This document shows positions 36,528 to 46,331 of a stretch of DNA of 64,000 nucleotides, piece by piece. The notes below the pieces were generated by a model. It was not told the DNA's origin, did not search any database, and saw nothing but the letters and a program-made list of their open reading frames with translations. The stretch spans positions 1 through 64,000 of the IMG/VR virus record IMGVR_UViG_3300031555_004309; one strand, 5' to 3'. This DNA is from a virus (Duplodnaviria > Caudoviricetes). The position numbers were made by a program, and so were the translations under genes. The first letter of the stretch is position 1; every line of letters begins with the position of its first letter.

Positions 36528-36734
36528 ATGACTTTGTATAGTACAGGTTGTCCAAAATGTAAAGTTTTGGAAACAAAATTAAAAATGAAAAATATTAATT
36601 ATGAAATTAGTAATGATATTGATTTGCTGGTGCGAAATGGCATTATGTCCGCGCCCGTTCTCGAAGTAGATGGGGAATTTTTGCTGTTCGCGGACGCAAA
36701 TAAGTATGTCAATTCGTTGGAGGCAAATAAATGA
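36528..36734 (+). CDS. glutaredoxin/NrdH-like redoxin
   Basis: YSTGCPKC; SAPVL; upstream of RNR. Confidence 0.85.
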   Translation: MTLYSTGCPKCKVLETKLKMKNINYEISNDIDLLVRNGIMSAPVLEVDGEFLLFADANKYVNSLEANK

Positions 36735-38650
36735 ACATCAACATTAAATTGAGCAAAAATTTCACAACCCAATACAATAAAATGCAACAAGAATATGGCG
36801 AGGAATTTGCTTATTTAAACGGTTTTGGTGATAAACAATTATCGTTCACCGACTTTATCGATAATTTTATTGATGCTCAAACTGTTGCGGACGCGTCTGT
36901 TGATGGAAACGCAAATGTAGGTAATAAAGATATGAGGACTTTGATGAATGAGATGCCGAAGCCTCATAGAAAATTACTTGCCTTTAACAAAATCCATTAT
37001 GAATTGAATAAAAAATATGGATTTAAAACCGCAAATGAATGGCTTCAAGCAGAATGGACAAAAGCGTTGTATATGCACGATGCAGATACTTCTACTTATA
37101 TCCATTATTGTTTTGCTTATGACTTAAAAGATTTAGCAGAACAGGGCTTATATTTCTTAAATAATTTTAACCCAGAGCCGCCCAAGCATTTATCTACTTT
37201 TGTCGACTTCGTAAAAGAATTCATTTCTTTTGCAAGTAATAGATCTTCTGGCGCAGTAGGACTTCCCAATCTTATTCCTTATATGTATTATTTTTGGAAA
37301 AAAGATTGCGAAAATGGATATGCGACAAAGAACTCTGATTATTACGCCCGCCAACAAATTCAACGCTTTATATATGCAGTAAATCAACCTTATGTAAGAG
37401 ATGGACTTCAAAGCGCTTTTACAAATGTAAGTGTTTATGACAGTGAATACTTGGAAGCATTATTCGGTGGAAGTGTATTTCCTGATGGAAGTTTTATGGT
37501 AGATGAACTTGAAGAAATCAAAGAATTCCAAAAATTATTTATGGAAGTCGTATCTGATATTCGTTCTCATAATATGTTCACTTTCCCTGTCCTTACGATT
37601 TCTCTTTTAAGAAAAGATGGTGAATTTGCAGACAAAGAATTTGCGGTTTGGGGCATTAAACATAATATGAAATGGAATGACTCGAATCTTTTCATTGATG
37701 ATAGTGTTACAAGTCTTTCAAACTGTTGCAGATTAAAAAGTAATATTGAAGATTTAGGATATTTCAATTCTATTGGTGGAACCGCATTAAAAGTTGGTTC
37801 AGTAAAAGTTTCTACTGTTAATTTAGCAAGAATTGCTCTTGAAACAGACAATGAAGAAGATTATTTACTTAAACTCCAAAAAATGGTAGAATTAGATTGT
37901 AAGGTTCTTGATGTTGTTCGTCATATTATTGAAAGAAATGTTGAGAAAGGACTTCTTCCAAACTTTTCAAAAGGTTTAGTTGACTTTGAACATTTATATA
38001 ATACTATTGGTATTATTGGTATTTATGAAACTATGAAGAAATTTGACTATGTTAAAGTAGACGAATTTGGAAATTCTTATTACACAGAACAAGCAGATGC
38101 TTTTGGTAAGAAAATTTTTGAAGTAATCCATAAGACTAAAGATTACTTTGCTTTAGATAAAAACTATCAAATCAATATTGAGCAAATCCCAGGTGAGAGC
38201 GCCGCAGTAAAAATGCAGAAAGCAGATGTAATGTTATATCCTGAAACTGCAATTACTGACCTTCCACTTTATGGAAATCAATTTATTCCACTCGGAATTA
38301 AAACAACTCTCCAAGAAAGAATTCGTATAGCAAGTCTTTTTGATAGTTATTGTAATGGCGGCTCCATCGCTCATATCAATATTGAGGCCCCATTCACAAC
38401 CTTTGAACAAGCTTGGGATATGACAAATTATATTGCTGACCAAGGTTTGACTTATTTTGCCTTTAATACTAAAATTCAAGCGTGTGAAAAGAATCACGCT
38501 TTTTACGGAGATAAGTGCCCAGTTTGCGGCGGCCCCGTAACAACAGAATTTACGCGTATTGTAGGCTTCTATACTCCAATTAGAACTTGGTCAAAAGAAA
38601 GAAAAGAAGAATATTCAATGAGAGAATGGGAGAAAGTAAATGAAACTTAA
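36731..38650 (+). CDS. nrdD: anaerobic (class III) ribonucleoside-triphosphate reductase
   Basis: SNCCRL, PGES, GGSI, C-terminal C..H..CPVCG and RIVGFY glycyl-radical loop; no ATP cone. Confidence 0.93.
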   Translation: MNINIKLSKNFTTQYNKMQQEYGEEFAYLNGFGDKQLSFTDFIDNFIDAQTVADASVDGNANVGNKDMRTLMNEMPKPHRKLLAFNKIHYELNKKYGFKTANEWLQAEWTKALYMHDADTSTYIHYCFAYDLKDLAEQGLYFLNNFNPEPPKHLSTFVDFVKEFISFASNRSSGAVGLPNLIPYMYYFWKKDCENGYATKNSDYYARQQIQRFIYAVNQPYVRDGLQSAFTNVSVYDSEYLEALFGGSVFPDGSFMVDELEEIKEFQKLFMEVVSDIRSHNMFTFPVLTISLLRKDGEFADKEFAVWGIKHNMKWNDSNLFIDDSVTSLSNCCRLKSNIEDLGYFNSIGGTALKVGSVKVSTVNLARIALETDNEEDYLLKLQKMVELDCKVLDVVRHIIERNVEKGLLPNFSKGLVDFEHLYNTIGIIGIYETMKKFDYVKVDEFGNSYYTEQADAFGKKIFEVIHKTKDYFALDKNYQINIEQIPGESAAVKMQKADVMLYPETAITDLPLYGNQFIPLGIKTTLQERIRIASLFDSYCNGGSIAHINIEAPFTTFEQAWDMTNYIADQGLTYFAFNTKIQACEKNHAFYGDKCPVCGGPVTTEFTRIVGFYTPIRTWSKERKEEYSMREWEKVNET

Positions 38651-39122
38651 ATATCTCATAGATGAAGACTTCATAAATTACAAAAAACCTTCAATGTTTT
38701 TAGGTTTTCCTCATTGTAGTTTAAAATGTGATAAAGAGAATGGCAAACCAGTTTGTCAAAATTCTCATCTTGTTAAAGCACCCATAATCGAAATCCATAC
38801 TGAAGAAATCGTAGATAGATATCTTAGTAATAGAATTACTTCTGCAATAGTCTGCGGCGGCATGGAGCCTTTTGACTCTTGGGAAGAACTTAAACATTTA
38901 GTCGAAACCTTCAGAATTTGGACAAATGATGATATTGTTATTTATACTGGATATGTGGAAGATGAGATTAAGAATGAGATTGAATTTTTGAGTGATTTTA
39001 AGAATATTTATGTAAAATTTGGGAGATTTAAAATTAATGATGAAAAGAGATATGATGAATTATTGGGAGTAACTCTTGCCTCTTCTAATCAATATGCGAA
39101 AAAAATTTCTCGACAGCAATAA
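38640..39122 (+). CDS. nrdG: anaerobic RNR activating radical-SAM enzyme
   Basis: C...C......CQN, GGMEP, IYTGY, KFGRF, ASSNQ. Confidence 0.85.
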   Translation: MKLKYLIDEDFINYKKPSMFLGFPHCSLKCDKENGKPVCQNSHLVKAPIIEIHTEEIVDRYLSNRITSAIVCGGMEPFDSWEELKHLVETFRIWTNDDIVIYTGYVEDEIKNEIEFLSDFKNIYVKFGRFKINDEKRYDELLGVTLASSNQYAKKISRQQ

Positions 39123-39174
39123 ATAATTAAAAACTTTCACCTCTTTATCACATATATCGGGAGAAAAATAGGAG

Positions 39175-40383
39175 GTGAAAACAATGAGAAAAAATATTAT
39201 TTCAGCAATTTTAAGTATAATTTTAGCATTTGTTTTTTCTATCGGTGTATTTGCTGCTACTCCCGCCGCAAAAACAGAAGGGTTCTGGTATCATAAAAAC
39301 TCTTCTTTTTCTTCGGAAGGAAGCAATGGTAGTGGTGGAGATTATTATACAAATATGATGATGAATCACACTAAAATGTATTTCGTTCAGACAAAAGATA
39401 ATGAAATCTTTGAGGTCTCAAATACTCTTTATTTAAACAAAAGTAATGGTATTAATTATCTTTGGATAAATAGTGTTACAACAAATACTAATGGTACTTG
39501 GTCAATTACCACGGGTGCACCTGATAATACAAGCAAGGCAACTAATGTAAATGCACCTAATAATGTAGGTATAGGAAGTAATGTAGTTGGGTATACTTAT
39601 ACCTCTACTTTTACTGGTAATGGCGCAGAAACAAAAAATATTAACTGGGATATTGATTATAAAGCTGGCGCAATTTCTTGGATAGCATCAAATCATAAAA
39701 CTTCTTCAGATAATGAGGCGCCCGCAATCGAAATAGTTGTCTCAGATATGAGAGAATTATTAAATAGAATGGGCGAAGTAGAAATGCTATTAGCAAATGG
39801 CGACCTTGAAGAAGAACAATGGGATGTACTTAATGCAAATCTTCAAACCATTTTAAACAACTGTGAACTTGATGGTTCTGTATACTATCCTCAAAATACC
39901 ATTGACCAATTAGTAGCATCTTTAGAAGTTCCAGAATTAACAAAAATAGTTCCAAAGAATTATTCTTTTGCATTAGATAGAGATGAATTCCTATTCACAG
40001 GTCTTGACGCAGATAATAATTCTGTCGGTGCGATTAAGGCGCAACTTAAAAATGATAGCACTCAAATTATCATTTTAAGAAATGGCATTGAATTAACTGA
40101 TGAAGAATTAGTTGGTACAAATTGCGTAATTAGATTAGTATCTAAGGCGGACCCGTCAATAATTTATGAAGAGTTTACCTTCATTCTTTATGGAGATGTA
40201 GATGGTGATGGCATTATCAATGAAACAGATTATGAGAATACTTTTAATGTTTCATTAGGTTTTGGAACTTTAGAAGGTTTATTTGCTGTTGCAGCAGATA
40301 CAAACAGAGATACAGTAATTGACGGTTTTGACTGCGCGCAGATCGACTTACAATCAAATGGAATGAGAAATATCGTTCAATAA
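39175..40383 (+). CDS. secreted protein with C-terminal type I dockerin
   Basis: Signal peptide ending VFA-A; duplicated Ca-binding loops GDVDGDGIINETD and ADTNRDTVIDGFD; terminator 40404-40436. Confidence 0.8.
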   Translation: MKTMRKNIISAILSIILAFVFSIGVFAATPAAKTEGFWYHKNSSFSSEGSNGSGGDYYTNMMMNHTKMYFVQTKDNEIFEVSNTLYLNKSNGINYLWINSVTTNTNGTWSITTGAPDNTSKATNVNAPNNVGIGSNVVGYTYTSTFTGNGAETKNINWDIDYKAGAISWIASNHKTSSDNEAPAIEIVVSDMRELLNRMGEVEMLLANGDLEEEQWDVLNANLQTILNNCELDGSVYYPQNTIDQLVASLEVPELTKIVPKNYSFALDRDEFLFTGLDADNNSVGAIKAQLKNDSTQIIILRNGIELTDEELVGTNCVIRLVSKADPSIIYEEFTFILYGDVDGDGIINETDYENTFNVSLGFGTLEGLFAVAADTNRDTVIDGFDCAQIDLQSNGMRNIVQ

Positions 40384-40507
40384 AATGAAAGAAATAAAAG
40401 ACGACTCCAAGTTTTTAAAACTTGGAGTTTTATTTTTAGAAAATCTTGACTTTTTCGCGCGATTTTGATATAATATTTATATATAAAGAAAAAAGAGGTG
40501 AAATTTA

Positions 40508-42376
40508 TTGGCAGATAATTATGGAATTAATGATATTGCCCATCTTGAAACAAGAGAAGCCATGAGAACAAGAATACAGATGTATCTCGGCTCAGATGAT
40601 ACAGATGGAATTTATCAAGCATTAAAAGAAATTATCAATAATTCTACCGATGAGGCGCTTGCAGGTTATGGAGATAGAATAGAGATTATTGTTGATGAAA
40701 AAAATAATAATGTATCTGTTCGAGATTATGGCCGCGGCGTCCCATTTGGAATTAAAGACGGAAGAAACTACCTCGTTGCGATTTATACCGAAAGTCATAC
40801 TGGAGGTAAATTTGATAAGGGAGTTTACAAAAATTCGTCGGGCCTCAATGGTATTGGTGGTACAGCAGTATGTATGTCTTCAAGATTTTTTATCGTTAGT
40901 TCAATTAGAGATGGTGTAGTTGCGACTGCACATTTTTCAAAAGGAAATCTTGAAAATTATAGTGAGAAATCAACGAAAGGTTTAGGAAAAGATTTTGAAA
41001 AAAATGGTACTTTAATAGATTTTGGTCCAGATCCCGAAGTCTTTAAGAATATGGAAGAAGGATTTTCTTTTGAAAGAATTTGTAAAGAGATAAAAAATAT
41101 TTCTTATCTTAATAAGGGTATTCATTTTGTTATTAAAGAATATCTTGGAGACGGAAAATTTGGTAAAAAAATAGAATACTATTCTAAAAATGGTATTGCC
41201 GACTTCATCACAGACAAAGTTCAAAACCCAATTATGAGTAAACCTATAATTGCTACTGCAAAAGATGATGAAGATGAAGTGGAAATTGCTTTTATGTGGA
41301 GTAAGGACGCTACTCAATCTTATGTATTTGTAAATGGTCTTTATTGCCCAGAAGGCGGCACCCCGATAACTGGCGCAAAAACAACTATTACTACTTCGAT
41401 TAAAAGATTAAGTGGTAAAAGTTTCGATCCAGAATTAATTAGAAAGGGACTTGTTTTTGCGATAAATTGTAAGGTATCAAATCCTTCTTTTGCAAATCAG
41501 ACAAAAAGTAAAATAAATAACCCCAATCTTCGTACTCTTGCTTCGGCGGCCTTTAAAGAAGGTCTTGAAGAATTTGCCAAAACATCAGATTTTGACAAAA
41601 TTATTGAAATTATGAAGAAAATGACAAAAGCCGAGGCGGCCGCAGATAAAGCAAGAGAAGCCGTTCTTAATCATACAAAAGAAATGAACGAGGCTGCGAA
41701 AGATAAATTCTTAATGATGGATAAATTAAAAGATGCGGAGTTCTTAGGAGAAAACGCAACTTTATTGATTGTAGAGGGTGACTCGGCTGCGGGCGCAATC
41801 ATTCAAGGAAGAGATGTCGACTATTATGGACTTCTTCCAATTCGTGGTAAGTGTATAAATGCAATGTCTAATCCAATTGAAGATGTTCTCGCTAATGCAG
41901 AAGTAAAAGCAATTTTAAAAGCATTAAATATAACTGCAAATGGAACTTACAATCCAAAGAAATTAAGATATGGAAGACTTGGCATATGTGTCGATGCGGA
42001 TGATGACGGCGCACACATAGCACTTCTTGTTACAACACTTATCTATACGCTCTGCCCGCAGTTTGTGCTTGATGGAAGACTTTATTGGTTGCAAGCCCCT
42101 CTCTATAAAGCAACAAGTGGTGGAAAAACAACTTATTATTTTAATGATAAAGAAATGCCGAAAAATATTACGGGAGAAATCACTCGTTATAAAGGACTTG
42201 GTGAAATGAGTCCGCAAGATGTTGAAGTTTCTATGTTTGGTTCTGAACAGAGACTTCTTCAAATCGTACCAAGTGAAGAGGGTATTAAGAGATTAACTGA
42301 ACTAATGGATAAAGATGTTGAGCCAAGAAAAGAATTTGTTTTCAATAATATAGATTTTAGTACAATAGAGGTATAA
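40508..42376 (+). CDS. gyrB: type IIA topoisomerase B subunit (gyrase B)
   Basis: E...NS.DE, D.GRG, GGKF, GLNGIG, VEGDSA, PIRGK, DADDDG, RYKGLGEM; promoter 40446-40474. Confidence 0.92.
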   Translation: MADNYGINDIAHLETREAMRTRIQMYLGSDDTDGIYQALKEIINNSTDEALAGYGDRIEIIVDEKNNNVSVRDYGRGVPFGIKDGRNYLVAIYTESHTGGKFDKGVYKNSSGLNGIGGTAVCMSSRFFIVSSIRDGVVATAHFSKGNLENYSEKSTKGLGKDFEKNGTLIDFGPDPEVFKNMEEGFSFERICKEIKNISYLNKGIHFVIKEYLGDGKFGKKIEYYSKNGIADFITDKVQNPIMSKPIIATAKDDEDEVEIAFMWSKDATQSYVFVNGLYCPEGGTPITGAKTTITTSIKRLSGKSFDPELIRKGLVFAINCKVSNPSFANQTKSKINNPNLRTLASAAFKEGLEEFAKTSDFDKIIEIMKKMTKAEAAADKAREAVLNHTKEMNEAAKDKFLMMDKLKDAEFLGENATLLIVEGDSAAGAIIQGRDVDYYGLLPIRGKCINAMSNPIEDVLANAEVKAILKALNITANGTYNPKKLRYGRLGICVDADDDGAHIALLVTTLIYTLCPQFVLDGRLYWLQAPLYKATSGGKTTYYFNDKEMPKNITGEITRYKGLGEMSPQDVEVSMFGSEQRLLQIVPSEEGIKRLTELMDKDVEPRKEFVFNNIDFSTIEV

Positions 42377-42682
42377 ATGAAAAGAATTAAAAAATTTATT
42401 ATGTGTTTAAAACAAAAACATTACTCAAAATATTATACTAAAAATTTGCCTCATAACTGTCACAGTTGTTATTATCGACATAGATGTTCATATCCAGTTC
42501 CAGGTTTTAATGAAGTTAATGGAAAAATCATTTGGAATGAATGTAAGCATTGGAAACCTGGAGGATGTTATAGTTGCCAAATGATATTAGAAAATGATGA
42601 TGTTTGGTTTGAAAATAATTGTGAATGTGAGTGTTTTGGAGGTTGTAGCAAATGGAAATTACGAAAAGATTTCAACAAATAG
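42377..42682 (+). CDS. Cys-rich hypothetical protein inserted between gyrB and gyrA
   Basis: Multiple CxxC motifs; very AT-rich. Confidence 0.55.
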   Translation: MKRIKKFIMCLKQKHYSKYYTKNLPHNCHSCYYRHRCSYPVPGFNEVNGKIIWNECKHWKPGGCYSCQMILENDDVWFENNCECECFGGCSKWKLRKDFNK

Positions 42683-45033
42683 ATTTAAAAGTAATGACAG
42701 AAGAAAATTTTATAATCTATGCTGGAATGGTCATTCAAAAAAGAGCATTAGTAGATGTTAGAGATTGTCTGAAGCCTTCTGCACGCGAATTAATGTATGC
42801 TCAATATATTGATAAAATAGATTGGAAGCATAAGTATCAAAAAAGTTTAAAATCTGTAGGTTCTGGCACATCTCATTTTTATGTTCATGGTGATACTTCT
42901 GCCTATGGCGTTCTTATACGAATGGGTAAGCCTTTTGTTATGAGATATATGTTAGAAGATGTTAATGGTAATGCTGGTACTATGACAGCAAATGGTAATG
43001 AGGCATCTTCTCGTTATACTGAAATGAGGTTATCCCCTATTTGTACTAATCTTTTTAATAGTATAGATAAAAATAGTGTCAAATTATGGTTCAACAATTA
43101 TGATAATACGGAAATCTACCCTTCAGTATTTCCATCATTAGGATTTTATAATATCGTTAATGGAACTATGGGTATTGGTGTTGCATTAGCCTCTTCTATT
43201 CCTCAATTTAACTTGAAGGAAGTTAATGCGGCCCTGGTGACACTTTTGAATAATCCCAATGCAAGTTTTGAGGAACTTTACTGCGCACCTGATTTTGCTA
43301 CGGGCGCAATTCTGATAAATGAAGAAGAAGTAAAGGAAAGTTTAAAGAATGGACACGGTAAAGCGTGTAAATTAAGAGCGTGCATTGAATATAATGAGAA
43401 AGAGAATTGTTTAGTAGTTACTGAAATTCCATTTGGAGTTTATACAGATAATATCTGTATGCAAATTGCAGAAATGGTAAAGGAAAACCCAACTTGTGGT
43501 ATTGATAAGTGTGTTGATAGGACGAAGACTTCTCCTGAAATTAAGATTTTCTTAACTAAGCGCGCGAATGTACAGCAAGTGGTAAAAGAATTGTATGCAA
43601 ATACAGACCTCCAATCTCATTATAGTATTAATATGACAATGCTTGATAATGGTACAAGTCCTCGTGTCTTCACTTGGAAAGGAGCATTATCTGCACACTT
43701 AGCACACGAAAAAGAAGTTCTCACTCGTTCTCTTGAATATGATAAGCAGAAGTATAGCGATAGATTAAATATTGTTGAAGGCCTCCTTATTGCTCTTGCT
43801 CGAATTGAGGAAGTAATTGCAGTTATCAAGAATTCCTTAGACGGCGCGAGCGCCAAGAAATCTCTTGTATCTAAATTTGGATTAAATGAAGAACAAGCGA
43901 AGGCTATTCTTGATATTAAATTAGTGAGATTAGCAAATCTTGAAACTGTTAAGGTTGAGAATGAGAAGAAAGAATTGATAAGTAAGATAGAAGAAATTAA
44001 CACAATTTTATCTTCTCCTCTTAAACTGAATAAGATAATTGAAGAAAAATTAAATGAGGTCGCTAAGAAATACGGAGATGCGCGCAGAACGCAAGTAATG
44101 AATCTTAATTTTGATGGGGAAGATGAAGAACCTATTGAAAAGAAAGAACTCATTGTCTATCTCTCAAATCGTGGTACACTTTATACAGAAGAAAAGTCTA
44201 CTCTTCTCGTTCAAAGACGCGGTGGCAAGGGCACCCGCATCAAAATGAATAAAGGCGAGTATGTTATTGACTCTATCGCAGACATAAACACTTCTGCGTG
44301 TTTGGCTTTTTCAAATAAAGGAAAAGTCTTCTCAATCGCACTTTCAAAATTGCCAGAAAATGGAAAGATAAATTGTAGTGAGATTTTTGAACTTTCAGCA
44401 GGAGAAGAAATTGTTCGTATTCTTGCTTTTAACAAAATGTCTCAATATAACTCTATCTTGTTTACTACCAAGTGCGGCCTCGTCAAAAAATCCTCACTAT
44501 CCGAATATAAATTCAGAAAGAGTAAAGGTATCATTGCCGTAAAACTTAAAGACGGAGATGAACTTGTCGGAATTCATTTTGCGAATAATGAGCCACTTGA
44601 ATTCTTGACAAAAGAAGGAAAGTCTGTTATAATAGACATAGAATCAGTAAATGCGACAGGAAGAGCAACTTCAGGAGTCTGCGGCATTAAGTTAAATGAC
44701 GGAGACGAAGTCGTATGCACTCAGCTCATTCCCGATAATACAAAGTATATATTTACTGTTTCTAAAAATGGTATTGCGAAGAAAATTCCTTATAGTGAAT
44801 GTTCTCTTGCTAATCGTGCGACTAAAGGCGTGTATATGCAGAAATTAAAAGATGATGATGAGATGGCTTATTTTCTTCCTCTTTCAAGTGAAGATAAAGA
44901 AATTACTCTCATTTCAAGTCTTAATACAATAAAAATTTCTCTTTCTCAAATTGTTGAGACGAGTAGAATGGCGCAAGGTGTATCTGCAAAGACTATGGGA
45001 GATAGAGAGAAGATTATAAAGGTGATTGTGTGA
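42652..45033 (+). CDS. gyrA: DNA gyrase subunit A
   Basis: DCLKP, HGD, catalytic SRYTE, GyrA-box QRRGGKG, C-terminal beta-pinwheel repeats. Confidence 0.92.
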   Translation: MEITKRFQQIDLKVMTEENFIIYAGMVIQKRALVDVRDCLKPSARELMYAQYIDKIDWKHKYQKSLKSVGSGTSHFYVHGDTSAYGVLIRMGKPFVMRYMLEDVNGNAGTMTANGNEASSRYTEMRLSPICTNLFNSIDKNSVKLWFNNYDNTEIYPSVFPSLGFYNIVNGTMGIGVALASSIPQFNLKEVNAALVTLLNNPNASFEELYCAPDFATGAILINEEEVKESLKNGHGKACKLRACIEYNEKENCLVVTEIPFGVYTDNICMQIAEMVKENPTCGIDKCVDRTKTSPEIKIFLTKRANVQQVVKELYANTDLQSHYSINMTMLDNGTSPRVFTWKGALSAHLAHEKEVLTRSLEYDKQKYSDRLNIVEGLLIALARIEEVIAVIKNSLDGASAKKSLVSKFGLNEEQAKAILDIKLVRLANLETVKVENEKKELISKIEEINTILSSPLKLNKIIEEKLNEVAKKYGDARRTQVMNLNFDGEDEEPIEKKELIVYLSNRGTLYTEEKSTLLVQRRGGKGTRIKMNKGEYVIDSIADINTSACLAFSNKGKVFSIALSKLPENGKINCSEIFELSAGEEIVRILAFNKMSQYNSILFTTKCGLVKKSSLSEYKFRKSKGIIAVKLKDGDELVGIHFANNEPLEFLTKEGKSVIIDIESVNATGRATSGVCGIKLNDGDEVVCTQLIPDNTKYIFTVSKNGIAKKIPYSECSLANRATKGVYMQKLKDDDEMAYFLPLSSEDKEITLISSLNTIKISLSQIVETSRMAQGVSAKTMGDREKIIKVIV

Positions 45034-45386
45034 ATAATAAAAAATTTACAATTGAAGTTGAAATGAATGAGAGATGGATAAATACTTTCTGTTCTATGCT
45101 AAAAAGAATGGAATTAAATGGAAATATTGGTCATTCAGAATGGATTGCATTATTTTCGGATGGGGACGGAGATTTTAGACCTCGGTTTTCTTTTTCTGAT
45201 ATATATAATGAAGTTTTAGATAAAAGTTCTACTATTGAATCATTTCATAAAGAAGGAAAACCATATTTAGTACAACAGTCTAATTGGGAACCTTGGGAAG
45301 AAGCCATTGTATTATATGATGCAGACTATTGTAGGACAACAAATGAAATTCAGGAGTTGAAAAATCACAATGAGCGAAGAAAATAA
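45030..45386 (+). CDS. hypothetical phage protein
   Basis: DGDGDFRP motif seen in Firmicute phages. Confidence 0.6.
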   Translation: MNNKKFTIEVEMNERWINTFCSMLKRMELNGNIGHSEWIALFSDGDGDFRPRFSFSDIYNEVLDKSSTIESFHKEGKPYLVQQSNWEPWEEAIVLYDADYCRTTNEIQELKNHNERRK

Positions 45387-45798
45387 AGTAATAAAAGTAG
45401 ATTTTGAAAAGGATGCGGCCGCAAACGAGGTAGAAGTACTGCGCCGCAATCAATTCCAAAATAAATTCATAACAGATAGAAAAGATACTTTTGTTTCTAT
45501 TTGTAACAAGGTTCTTGACTATTGCTATGATGCAAAAGATAGAAACGAAATAAAATCGGAACTTTCTTCAGAGGCTCTCGATAATATCGATTCTATTTTA
45601 GAAGACCTCGAATCTATTCGCAAGAAAATTCAAATCGAGGCTCTTCTCGCAGATGAAGAAATTACTCGCATTATTCTCTGTTGTCAACTTCTCGCAAAAG
45701 AATTTATGGCTAATGCAGAAAACTATATTCAAGGCGCAAACTCTTTGAACGGATATATTGAATTCTTGTTAGAAAAAAATTTGACTTCTGAAGAATAA
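45370..45798 (+). CDS. hypothetical protein
   Basis: Coupled ORF with RBS. Confidence 0.6.
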   Translation: MSEENKVIKVDFEKDAAANEVEVLRRNQFQNKFITDRKDTFVSICNKVLDYCYDAKDRNEIKSELSSEALDNIDSILEDLESIRKKIQIEALLADEEITRIILCCQLLAKEFMANAENYIQGANSLNGYIEFLLEKNLTSEE

Positions 45799-45886
45799 TG
45801 TGATATAATATTTATGTAATAAAAAATAGCAGATGATAAGTCGGCTATGAGAATAAAATTATATTATCAAAAGGAGGATGTAAGTA

Positions 45887-46252
45887 ATGGCAGACATTAA
45901 GAAGACACTTACAGAGAAACAAGCACTTATTCACAAATTTTTGAAGGACACAGACGGCGAAAAGTTCACCGCTTATCAGATTGCTGATGCCACAGAAATT
46001 GAAAGAAAATCTATCAATGTTCTTGTTAACGGCATGGTTACAAAAGGTTATTGTGTTCGTGAAGAAGGCACAACAGTAGACGAAGAAGGCAAGGAAACTG
46101 CTGTTAAATTTGTAGTTCTTACTGACGAAGGTCGTAACTATGATGAAGCTGCAGCTGTTGCTCATGATGAGGCACTTGCTGCTGCAAGAAAAGAAGCTGA
46201 AAAGGCTAAGAGAGCCGCTAAGAAGGCTGCAAAGGAAGCTGCTGCTGAATAA
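45887..46252 (+). CDS. winged-HTH DNA-binding protein with Ala/Lys tail
   Basis: LTEKQ...TAYQIADAT....SI...VNGMVTKG...LTDEG; promoter 45781-45810; terminator 46270-46298. Confidence 0.7.
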   Translation: MADIKKTLTEKQALIHKFLKDTDGEKFTAYQIADATEIERKSINVLVNGMVTKGYCVREEGTTVDEEGKETAVKFVVLTDEGRNYDEAAAVAHDEALAAARKEAEKAKRAAKKAAKEAAAE

Positions 46253-46331
46253 TTTCAACAGATAGTTTAAATGAGGGGATTCGTCCCCTCATTCTTTTAC
46301 CTAAAATGAAGATTAAGGAGTGAAATTAAAA

